Assembly: GCA_049696955.1 (NCBI GenBank)
Contig: JBAVUV010000801.1
Span: 1 to 51,337 of the forward strand
Origin: Candidatus Sulfotelmatobacter sp.
GTDB lineage: Bacteria > Acidobacteriota > Terriglobia > Terriglobales > Acidobacteriaceae
Reading direction: 5' to 3'
Length of the DNA stretch: 51,337 nucleotides
This document shows positions 9,217 through 17,288 of this stretch, one piece after another. Position 1 is the first letter of the stretch, and the number at the start of each line of letters is the position of its first letter. The notes below the pieces were generated by a model. It did no database searches, was not told the DNA's origin, and worked only from the letters and a program-made list of their open reading frames with translations. Position numbers and translations under genes: made by a program.

Positions 9217-12200
9217 GTGCGCCGTTTACTCTCTCCATTTATGATCGGTAGACACCGGAGGAAAAGCGTAATGGGAAATGGCTGTGAAGTGTCGGGAAAA
9301 AGCTTGTCGGCGAGCGCGGAAAGCCGCCTGAAATGGATCCGCGTTATGGGCGCGGCGGTTGTTTTGTTGCTCGTGGCGGGCGTGATGCTTGACTCGGGCT
9401 CTCGGCACTACGCCCAGAAGGCAATGACTCCGGCATCCGCTTTTCCCGTCTCGGCTATTCTCGGCAAAGCTCCGTTGAAGTCGAACCCGGTGAAGTCAAA
9501 ACCGGATGCTCGCGCGCTGCTTAGCCACCTTCCGCTGATCTTCGAACCCAATCAGGGACAAACCGATCCCAGCGCAAAATTCGTCTCGCGCGGAGTTGGT
9601 TACAGTCTGTTTCTGGATTCAACCGGAGCGGTGCTGGCAATCCGAACGGCGCAGCCTGCATCAGTGGGTCGAAGCGCGGCGTCGCGGAGTGGGAGCGTGA
9701 ACGCACCCAGTATGGAGTCCGTTCGCATGACGCTGGTGGGAAGTAATCCGGCGGCTACGATCGCTGGCAGTGACCGGCTTCCCGGCAGAAGCAACTACTT
9801 TATCGGCAACGATCCCAAAAAGTGGCACACGGGCGTTCCGCAATTTGCTGGCGTTCACTACCAGAGTGTTTATCCGGGAATCGATCTGGTTTTCTATGGA
9901 AGCCAGGGCCGTCTGGAATACGACTTCAAAGTCGCGCCCGGCGCCGATCCTTCTCAAGCGGAATTGCAGTTCGAAGGTGCGACGAAACTCGAATTGAGCC
10001 ACGGAGATCTGATTCTTAAGGGAACGGCAGCCAGCGTAAGATTGCAGGCTCCTCGCGCGTATCAAAGCGTTGCTGGCCGTCAACAGCCTGTCGATGGACG
10101 ATTCGTGCTCCGCGCTGCGAATCGCGTAGGCTTCGAGATCGGCGCCTATGATCGCGGCAGAGAACTCGTGATCGACCCGACCATCAGTTACTCCACCTAT
10201 TTCGGCGGCAGCGGGAATGAGACTTATCCTTCCATTGCCGTCAACGGCGATGGCTTTATCTATCTCGCTGGGTCCACGACTTCAACCGATCTTCCCGTGG
10301 CTTCGTCGCCGGTAACTCCATATCAATCCACGCTCACGGGCGCACAGAACATTTTCATTCTGAAGCTGGACCCGACGGGTGGCGCTTCAGGAATTCTTTA
10401 TCTTACTTATCTCGGTGGCAGCGGGACTGATATTAGCGCGGGGCTGGCGGTGGATACGGGCGGCACGGCGTACGTAACCGGGACAACTACTTCGACGAAT
10501 TTTCCTACGTCCGCGGCTGGCTTTCAGACCACGCCTCTGGCGGGCACCGCCTGCACGCCTTTAATCCCCAGCATTTCGGCGCCGTGTCACGTTTTCGTGA
10601 GCGCATTGAGCGGACTTGATAGCACGGGTTCTGTTCCACAATTGAAATATTCTACGTATCTTTCGGGAAACGGTTCGGAATCTGCCAGCGCGGTGGCGAC
10701 CGATAATAATGGCGATGTATTTGTAACCGGGACCACGACTTCCACCAACTCTCTGACCGGCTTTCCATCGACTTCGCTCCCTGCGGCCTATCAGCCGAGC
10801 TCGAACGCCAGCATTCAGTTTTTCATGACTGAAGTAAATACGAGCGCTACTGGATTACCCAGCATCCGGTATTCCACCTACTTTGGCGGAAGCAATGGTT
10901 CGATCGCAGTGGGTGGAGGTATCGCGGTTGACACCACGGGAAACGTCTATTTCAGTGGGACCACAAATTTCTACAACAGTGGCGAAGGTCCGAACGGCGG
11001 CGTGCTTAATTCGAATGATTTCCCCATATTGAACGCCTACCAGCCTTGCCTGAATACGCCTCCTCCGACCACGATTCTGCCGCCGGTGACGTGCCCGGCC
11101 GTGACCACTCCGGAGCCGACTGACGCTTTCATGGCCAAGCTGAACGTAGTGAATGCTCAGACTGGCGGCACGCAGTTAATATTTTCGACTTACCTCGGGG
11201 GCAGCAACAACGATTCTTCGACCGGCCTCACCATTGATACTGGAGCTGCAGGCATCTACCTCACCGGGTCGACTAATTCTCCCGATTTCGTTATTCCTAC
11301 CGGGTCCGGGCAATTTCAGCCCTGCCTGAATGCTCCGACTGTGGTATTGCCCTGTTCGACAACGCCCAACACAACGAACACGGACGCCTACGTGGCGAGA
11401 TTTACGAATGAGACCGAGTCGACCACAGTCTCAAGCGTGGGCGTGCCGCTCAGTTATTTTTCCTATCTCGGCGGATCTTTGAACGATAGCGGCTTAGCCA
11501 TCGCGGTTGATACGGCAGGCGGAGCGCTGGTTACAGGAGCGACCAATTCGACTGATTTTCCGGCTTCGGTGGGAGCAATTCAGACGCATCTGAACGGGAC
11601 GCAGAATGCCTTCTTCGCTCACATTGATACTCAGATCAACAGCAGCCAGACTACCGTAGGCTCTTACGCAACCTACTTCGGCGGCAACGGAACGGATCGC
11701 GGCACCAGCATTACCGTCGATCCTTCTCTTAATACTTATTTTGCAGGGGATACGAATTCCACCAACTTGCAGCTGCAGGGTGCGGTACAGAACTGCCTGG
11801 ACACTCCAGTGAATCCGGCGCCGGGAACGCCATGTCCAACGATTACTGCGCCGGCGCCGACTGACGCGTTCGCCGTGCGGTTGCAGACTGCGACGGACCT
11901 GTGCATCCGCTGCGTAGCCCCGTTACTTTCTCCTAACTCGCCATACGTTAGCGCGGGAAATCAACTCACAGTAACGTTTACCGTTATCAACGAGGGACCC
12001 GACTTGGCCACCAATGTCACGGTTACGGGCCAGCTTTCAACGGGCATAACGGCGATATTCAATAGCGCGACGGCGGCGTCCGGCACTTGCAGCGTCCCCA
12101 CAGGCGCGAACGTGGTGTGTACCATCCCTGCGCTGCAATCGGGCTCCACTTCCACCGTCGCCATGGTGGTGACGCCGAGCACGGCTGGCGGGGGATCGAT

Positions 12201-12786
12201 ATTAGCCACAGTCACTAACAGCAACAACACGAATCCCAGCAACACCGCGACCGCCTCATTCACAGCAACCGATTTTGCGATCTCAATTCTTCCATCCAGC
12301 CAGACCGTGGTGGCCGGTAACACTGCGACCTACTCTGTATTCGTAAGTCCCTCCCTGACCTTTGGAGCGAATGTCTCGCTTAGTTGTTCCTCGCTCCCGG
12401 TTGGGGCAAGTTGCGGATTCACCCCCAGCTCGCTCACGTTCAACGGTCCCGGTCAGCAGTCAAGTACTCTGAACGTTACCACCACGGTGCGACCGATTAG
12501 CACGATCAGCTCCACGAGATGGAGTAGTCCGTTTTATGCCTTGTGGCTGATGGTGCCAGGCGTTGCCTTATTTGGGCTGAGCAGCGGCAAACGGAGAAGG
12601 AGCCGCCTACTGGGATTTTTCCTTCTGTGGACTGTATTCTCGCTTATCGTCCTGCTACCGGCTTGCAGTAAAGCCAAGGAGCAGCCCACAATCACTGGAA
12701 CGCCCGCAGGATCTTATCCGCTGCAGGTGACCGCGACTTCGGGCTCGTTGACCAAGAGTCAGGGATTCAGTCTGACCGTGCAGTAG
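9217..12786 (+). CDS. Giant secreted/surface protein with SBBP beta-propeller repeats, DUF11-type repeat domain and Ig-like domains
   Basis: Contains more than 10 repeats of the type YSTYFGGSGNE...GD.Y..G.T.S.DFP (SBBP), then NQLTVTFTVINEGPDLATNVTVTGQL (DUF11/CARDB-like), then Ig-like FAISILPSSQTVVAGNTATYSVFV...LSCSSLPVGASCGF. The start is uncertain: GTG 9217, or ATG 9241, 9271 or 9345. Confidence 0.8.
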   Translation: MRRLLSPFMIGRHRRKSVMGNGCEVSGKSLSASAESRLKWIRVMGAAVVLLLVAGVMLDSGSRHYAQKAMTPASAFPVSAILGKAPLKSNPVKSKPDARALLSHLPLIFEPNQGQTDPSAKFVSRGVGYSLFLDSTGAVLAIRTAQPASVGRSAASRSGSVNAPSMESVRMTLVGSNPAATIAGSDRLPGRSNYFIGNDPKKWHTGVPQFAGVHYQSVYPGIDLVFYGSQGRLEYDFKVAPGADPSQAELQFEGATKLELSHGDLILKGTAASVRLQAPRAYQSVAGRQQPVDGRFVLRAANRVGFEIGAYDRGRELVIDPTISYSTYFGGSGNETYPSIAVNGDGFIYLAGSTTSTDLPVASSPVTPYQSTLTGAQNIFILKLDPTGGASGILYLTYLGGSGTDISAGLAVDTGGTAYVTGTTTSTNFPTSAAGFQTTPLAGTACTPLIPSISAPCHVFVSALSGLDSTGSVPQLKYSTYLSGNGSESASAVATDNNGDVFVTGTTTSTNSLTGFPSTSLPAAYQPSSNASIQFFMTEVNTSATGLPSIRYSTYFGGSNGSIAVGGGIAVDTTGNVYFSGTTNFYNSGEGPNGGVLNSNDFPILNAYQPCLNTPPPTTILPPVTCPAVTTPEPTDAFMAKLNVVNAQTGGTQLIFSTYLGGSNNDSSTGLTIDTGAAGIYLTGSTNSPDFVIPTGSGQFQPCLNAPTVVLPCSTTPNTTNTDAYVARFTNETESTTVSSVGVPLSYFSYLGGSLNDSGLAIAVDTAGGALVTGATNSTDFPASVGAIQTHLNGTQNAFFAHIDTQINSSQTTVGSYATYFGGNGTDRGTSITVDPSLNTYFAGDTNSTNLQLQGAVQNCLDTPVNPAPGTPCPTITAPAPTDAFAVRLQTATDLCIRCVAPLLSPNSPYVSAGNQLTVTFTVINEGPDLATNVTVTGQLSTGITAIFNSATAASGTCSVPTGANVVCTIPALQSGSTSTVAMVVTPSTAGGGSILATVTNSNNTNPSNTATASFTATDFAISILPSSQTVVAGNTATYSVFVSPSLTFGANVSLSCSSLPVGASCGFTPSSLTFNGPGQQSSTLNVTTTVRPISTISSTRWSSPFYALWLMVPGVALFGLSSGKRRRSRLLGFFLLWTVFSLIVLLPACSKAKEQPTITGTPAGSYPLQVTATSGSLTKSQGFSLTVQ

Positions 12787-12823
12787 GCTGGCGGGCAGAT
12801 TCCGAAGATGGTTACAGGCGAGC

Positions 12824-14236
12824 TTAGGCGCCGGCGGAAAGCTTGTGATGGCTCTTGGCTTCCGCGATGCCATACTGGCGGATCTTATAGAGCAGAGCTT
12901 TGTAGCTGATCTGCAGCAGGCCGGCTGCCTGTTTACGATTCCAGTTGGTCTGTTCGAGCGCCTGGCGGATGGCTTCTCCTTCGGCTTCGTCTTTGGCGGT
13001 GCGGGCGAGTGACTTCAATCCTCCACTGGCTTCTCCACTCCGGCTCCCGGAATCCGCATGCACACCGCCGCCGTTGCCATCGTTGCGCGGCTGCAGTTCG
13101 GCCGCAGCCAGGTTCTCGTCCCCAAGGATCAAATAGCGTTTCAAGAAATTGTTGAGCTCCCGCAGATTGCCGGGCCAGCTGTGCCTTTGACAAGCCTCCA
13201 GCAGTGGCGGCGAAAGGGGAAGCTGGGGCCGGGCATATTGTTCCGCCATGCGGGTCATGAAATGTTTGAGCAGAATTGGAATCTCTTCCTTGCGCTCGCG
13301 CAATGGCGGTAATTGCAAAGTGAAGGCATTCAGGCGGTAGTAAAGGTCTTCGCGCAAGCGCTTGGTCGCCAAGGCCTGAGGAATGTCGATGTTGGTGGCC
13401 GCCAGGATGCGTACGTCAACCTTGATGATGGAACGGCTGCCGAGCCGCGAGAATTGCTGGTCCTGCAGCACGTGCAACAGTTTGGCTTGCAGTGCAGGCG
13501 GCATTTCGCCAATTTCATCAAGCAGGATGGTGCCCTTGTTGCACAGTTCGAATTTGCCCGGTTTGGCGTGCGTAGCTCCGGTAAATGCGCCGGGCTCGTA
13601 GCCGAATAATTCGCTTTCGAGTAGATCGGCGGGAACCGCCGCGCAATTCACTTTCAGAAAAGTACGATGGGCGCGCCGCGAGAGTTTGTGAATCAGACGG
13701 GCCAGCACTTCCTTGCCCGTGCCGCTCTCGCCCAGCAGTAAGACGGGAATATCCACATGCGCTACCAACGCCGCTTGCGAGCGAATTTTCCGCATCGCAG
13801 GGCTGGCTGCAATGAAAAATACGTCGTCGGCGACTTCCTCGACTTCGCCTCCCGCCGGCGTTTTACCCAGACCGAGACACTGGTCGATCACCGCATCCAG
13901 TTCCGCCTTCTGAAACGGCTTGGTGAGATAGTCATGCGCTCCCAGACGCATGGCCTGCACAACTTTTTTCGTATCGTTGACACAAGAAAGCATCACTACC
14001 TTGGCTGAGGGCCGCTTCTGGCGCAGTTTCTCAAGAGTCTCCAAGCCGTCGATTCCTGGCATCAATACGTCCAGAAGTACGAGATCGGGCTCCAGCCCTT
14101 TGTCAATCCGCTCCAGAGCTTCTTCTCCTGTGGAGGCGGTCTCTACTGTGTGGTTGTCGACCTCCAGCAGGGTCCGAATGTAGCGGAGCATGGCGGGTTC
14201 GTCATCTACGAGCAGAATCTTCGCGGTTTCGCTCAC
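12824..14236 (-). CDS. Sigma-54-dependent response regulator (REC-AAA+-Fis HTH, NtrC family)
   Basis: REC domain (ILLVDDEP...DLVLLDVLMPG), Walker A GESGTGKEV, sigma-54 contact loop ESELFGYEPGAFTGA, C-terminal HTH NRKQAAGLLQISYKALLYKI. Confidence 0.9.
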   Translation of the reverse strand: MSETAKILLVDDEPAMLRYIRTLLEVDNHTVETASTGEEALERIDKGLEPDLVLLDVLMPGIDGLETLEKLRQKRPSAKVVMLSCVNDTKKVVQAMRLGAHDYLTKPFQKAELDAVIDQCLGLGKTPAGGEVEEVADDVFFIAASPAMRKIRSQAALVAHVDIPVLLLGESGTGKEVLARLIHKLSRRAHRTFLKVNCAAVPADLLESELFGYEPGAFTGATHAKPGKFELCNKGTILLDEIGEMPPALQAKLLHVLQDQQFSRLGSRSIIKVDVRILAATNIDIPQALATKRLREDLYYRLNAFTLQLPPLRERKEEIPILLKHFMTRMAEQYARPQLPLSPPLLEACQRHSWPGNLRELNNFLKRYLILGDENLAAAELQPRNDGNGGGVHADSGSRSGEASGGLKSLARTAKDEAEGEAIRQALEQTNWNRKQAAGLLQISYKALLYKIRQYGIAEAKSHHKLSAGA

Positions 14237-15156
14237 CGATTCTTTCCTTTGCTAGCGGGGTTGGAGACTGGTTTGAAGGGAAGAAGAAATGAGAATTTGC
14301 AGCCAGCGCCGGGATCGCTTTCCACCCAAACTTTGCCACCCATGCCTTGCACCAGGCGACGGACGATGGAGAGTCCGAGTCCCATTCCGTCCTGATTCCC
14401 GTTGCTGGGCAGGCGAAAGAAATCGTCGAATACTTCCTGATGAAACTCGGCGGCAATTCCTGGACCTGTGTCGGACACGCTGACCTTCACCGAATTGGGT
14501 TGCGAATTGATTTGACGCCGGCGCTCGCCAGAGGATGCAGGTTGAGCCGTGGCACGGCGCTCCCACATATACGGTTCCGCATGCAACCATACAGTGCCGC
14601 CCTGGGGAACAAATTTAAAAGAATTTTCCAGCAGGTTAGAGATCACACGCTCCAGCTTAGGAGAATCCATTGGAAATTCCGGCAACTTGTCGTTCGCCAA
14701 AAAATAAAGAGCCAATCCCTTTTCCTGAAAGCGAGTGGACCACAAGCGGCAGACATCGGACAGGCCCTGGTTGATGTTGCCGACCGCATATTGCATCTTC
14801 AGGCCGCCGGTTTCGAGGGCGCTGTAAGTGAGGAAATCCTGAATAAATTGCTGCAGCCGTTTGCCGCTGGCCTGCATGTCGCGTAATACTTCGCGTTGCC
14901 GGTCACTTACAGGTCCAAGCTTCTCACTCTGCAATAGTTCAACGTACCCATTCAGAATTGCGAGTGGAGTTTTCAAATCGTGCGCCGCGGATCCTAAGGC
15001 GTTTGTAGTGCGCTGAAAGCGCTGCTGCAATTCGCTGTATGCCTGCGGCAGATCGTCCGCGCTCGGCATGCCTGTCGCCTGTACCGAAGAGATAGGAGCA
15101 ATCGGAGGTGCACTATCGATGTTGGGAACACACATGTTCTTCTGCACGGTAGCCAT
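14233..15156 (-). CDS. Soluble histidine kinase (HisKA-HATPase, only ~60 aa N-terminal to the H-box)
   Basis: H-box AAHDLKTPLAIL; N, G1 and G2 boxes (NLLENSFKF, DTGPGI, GMGLGLSIV). Overlaps the downstream NtrC-type RR by 4 nt. Confidence 0.85.
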   Translation of the reverse strand: MATVQKNMCVPNIDSAPPIAPISSVQATGMPSADDLPQAYSELQQRFQRTTNALGSAAHDLKTPLAILNGYVELLQSEKLGPVSDRQREVLRDMQASGKRLQQFIQDFLTYSALETGGLKMQYAVGNINQGLSDVCRLWSTRFQEKGLALYFLANDKLPEFPMDSPKLERVISNLLENSFKFVPQGGTVWLHAEPYMWERRATAQPASSGERRRQINSQPNSVKVSVSDTGPGIAAEFHQEVFDDFFRLPSNGNQDGMGLGLSIVRRLVQGMGGKVWVESDPGAGCKFSFLLPFKPVSNPASKGKNR

Positions 15157-15476
15157 AAGGAATAGGGCGGTCTAGCACAGAAAAAGGGAGGCGCACTCAA
15201 CCGATACAGAAGAATGCTTTAACAAAATCGTATGCCAGGTTACTTTTCATTGTCAACGAAAAATGCAACGTGATTACCCAAGTGTAGCAAAAGCTTGCAC
15301 TCCAAGCCTGAGGAGTCTGCCTTCTCTATGTCGAAGGTCTTAGGGCTAACTGAAACACCAGAGGAGCAGAAATACCGCACCCCCTGCTGGTTTGTCTGGT
15401 CCACGAGGGTGAATTAGCCCGGTTTTTGCCGGTTTTGCAAGTCTTGCTCCGGTCCTTTCAACCCTAAATCAGGTTT

Positions 15477-15492
15477 TGGCACCCAATGTGCT
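15477..15492 (+). promoter_or_regulatory. Candidate sigma-54 (-24/-12) promoter upstream of PilZ gene
   Basis: TGGCAC-ccaat-GTGCT, with GG (15478-79) and GC (15490-91) separated by exactly 10 nt, compared with the consensus TGGCAC-N5-TTGCW. It lies ~35 nt upstream of the CDS start 15526, with gggaagggg as a Shine-Dalgarno-like element. Direct repeat ccggttttTGC/ccggttttGC at 15419-15438. Confidence 0.55.
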
Positions 15493-15525
15493 TGAATTGC
15501 TAAGTCAAACTTAACGTGGGAAGGG

Positions 15526-15912
15526 GTGTGCGTGAACCGAAGGACTGCAACGACAGAGCGTCGGCGGTGGCCGCGCCTGCCTTTGGCCATCCCTGTATTC
15601 GTCAGAAGTCGACTTGAGCAGGACAAAGAATTCCTGGAGTTTGCAACTGCCCTCAACGTCTCAGCCGGGGGCATGCTGGTGGCAGTTCGAAGGTCTCTGC
15701 CCGCCGCGACTGAGGTTTCGCTGGAAATACCAAGTGCGCCTCTTGCCGCTTTAGCCAGCCTGCCTAAATCTGCGCGCGCCCTGCGAGCTAAGGTGCTGCG
15801 TACTCAACACGCCGAGACTTATAACCTCGTTGGCCTCAAGTTCTCGCGTCCTTTGGCTAACGGCGCAGCCAAGGAGAGGACATCGCGAAGGAAGCAATCT
15901 TCTCTAGTGTGA
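15526..15912 (+). CDS. PilZ domain protein (putative c-di-GMP receptor)
   Basis: RRRWPRLPLAIPV (RxxxR) and NVSAGGMLV (N-x-S-x-x-G). Confidence 0.75.
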   Translation: MCVNRRTATTERRRWPRLPLAIPVFVRSRLEQDKEFLEFATALNVSAGGMLVAVRRSLPAATEVSLEIPSAPLAALASLPKSARALRAKVLRTQHAETYNLVGLKFSRPLANGAAKERTSRRKQSSLV

Positions 15913-16058
15913 AAACATTTTCCCTTCCGGACCGCTGCCTCTTTAGCCAACCTGTATCCTTCTAATTACTAACCAACGCCTCCTTCAATCTTTAGTAAGT
16001 TGCTTTTCCTCAATCAGATAGGCTAGCCTAAAGCATTGCCGAACCGTTCTGCGGCGTT

Positions 16059-16074
16059 TGGTTCCCCGGATGCA
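16059..16074 (+). promoter_or_regulatory. Weaker sigma-54-like promoter upstream of the stand-alone EBP gene
   Basis: TGGTTC-cccgg-ATGCA with correct GG-N10-GC spacing (GG 16060-61, GC 16072-73), ~40 nt upstream of ATG 16115. The -24 hexamer matches only 4 of 6 positions. Confidence 0.3.
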
Positions 16075-16114
16075 CTCATCATTGCTGACCTGCGCTGTCG
16101 AGCCAGCATAGCTT

Positions 16115-17182
16115 ATGAGCACTTCAAATCCAGTGAGTTCCCTGATTCAGCCTTTGGGCGAGATGCCACCCGAAGCGGTGGTGTTCGGGAGCACCGATGC
16201 CATGCGGTCCTTGCGAGAACGGCTCGCCAAGATTGCGGGCGCGAATGTTCCCGTACTCATTCAGGGAGAGAGCGGTACAGGCAAGGACATTATCGCGCGT
16301 ATGATTCACGCGAATTCACCGTGGAAGACGGGTCCATGGGTGAAGGTGAATTGTCCTGCGATTCCGGGAACGCTGCTGGAGAGTGAACTCTTCGGCTACG
16401 AAAAAGGAGCCTTCACCGGCGCTTTCGGCACCAAGCCGGGCCGGGTAGAGATGGCGCATCGCGGCACGCTGTTCCTCGATGAGATATCCGAACTCGACAT
16501 GAGTTTGCAGTCGAAGCTGCTGCAACTGCTGCAGGACGGCCAATTCTGCCGTATCGGCGCCCAGGAAGACAAGAAGGTGGAAGTGCGCGTGGTTTGTGCC
16601 ACCAATCGAAAACTGGAAGAAGAAATCGCCAGCGGTACGTTCCGCGCCGACCTGTTCTATCGCATCAATGTGGTCAATCTGCACATGCCGCCGTTGCGCG
16701 ATCGCATCCCTGATCTGCCCGATCTGGTTGCCTATTTTCTCGAATGCTATAACCGGAAATTCAACTCACGCGCCAAACCGCTCTCGATCGATTTGATGAA
16801 CGCGCTGTCCAAGTACCACTGGCCGGGCAACGTCCGCGAACTTGAAAACCTGATCAAGCGCTATGTGATCCTGGGGACTGAAGATTCCATCTCCGGCGAG
16901 TTACGCTCGCATCAGCCCGATTTTTTCAGCGCCGATATCAACGTGGACGGACCGATTTCGCTCAAGAAAATTACGCGCCAGGCCGTGCATGAATTGGAAC
17001 GCAAGATCATCTTGAAGGTGCTGCAACACCATCACTGGAACCGCAAGCAGGCTGCGCGTGCTCTGAACATAAGTTATCGAGCCTTGCTCTACAAGATTCG
17101 CGACGCGGGCCTGCCATCGAACCGTGGTGCGCGCCGGCCTCAAGTGGCAGAGACGCCGAATCACGTCGTCGCAGCCGACTGA
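16115..17182 (+). CDS. Sigma-54 enhancer-binding protein without N-terminal sensory/receiver domain (AAA+ plus Fis HTH only)
   Basis: The AAA+ core begins ~25 residues from the N-terminus. GESGTGKDIIARMIH, ESELFGYEKGAFTGA, C-terminal HTH NRKQAARALNISYRALLYKI. Confidence 0.9.
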   Translation: MSTSNPVSSLIQPLGEMPPEAVVFGSTDAMRSLRERLAKIAGANVPVLIQGESGTGKDIIARMIHANSPWKTGPWVKVNCPAIPGTLLESELFGYEKGAFTGAFGTKPGRVEMAHRGTLFLDEISELDMSLQSKLLQLLQDGQFCRIGAQEDKKVEVRVVCATNRKLEEEIASGTFRADLFYRINVVNLHMPPLRDRIPDLPDLVAYFLECYNRKFNSRAKPLSIDLMNALSKYHWPGNVRELENLIKRYVILGTEDSISGELRSHQPDFFSADINVDGPISLKKITRQAVHELERKIILKVLQHHHWNRKQAARALNISYRALLYKIRDAGLPSNRGARRPQVAETPNHVVAAD

Positions 17183-17288
17183 TCGGCATTTGTGGCCCGA
17201 TGAGGGGCGTTCGCGGCAGCGAAAGGTCTCCCGAAAGATCCGCATCAAGCAAGAAATAAAACGTTAGGTCTATGCGAAGTTGACGGAT

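Noticed and set aside
15221-15238. Minus-strand TGGCAT-acgat-TTTGT upstream of the HK/NtrC operon as a sigma-54 promoter.
   Set aside because: The position 10 nt after GG reads TG, not GC, so the invariant -12 GC is missing.
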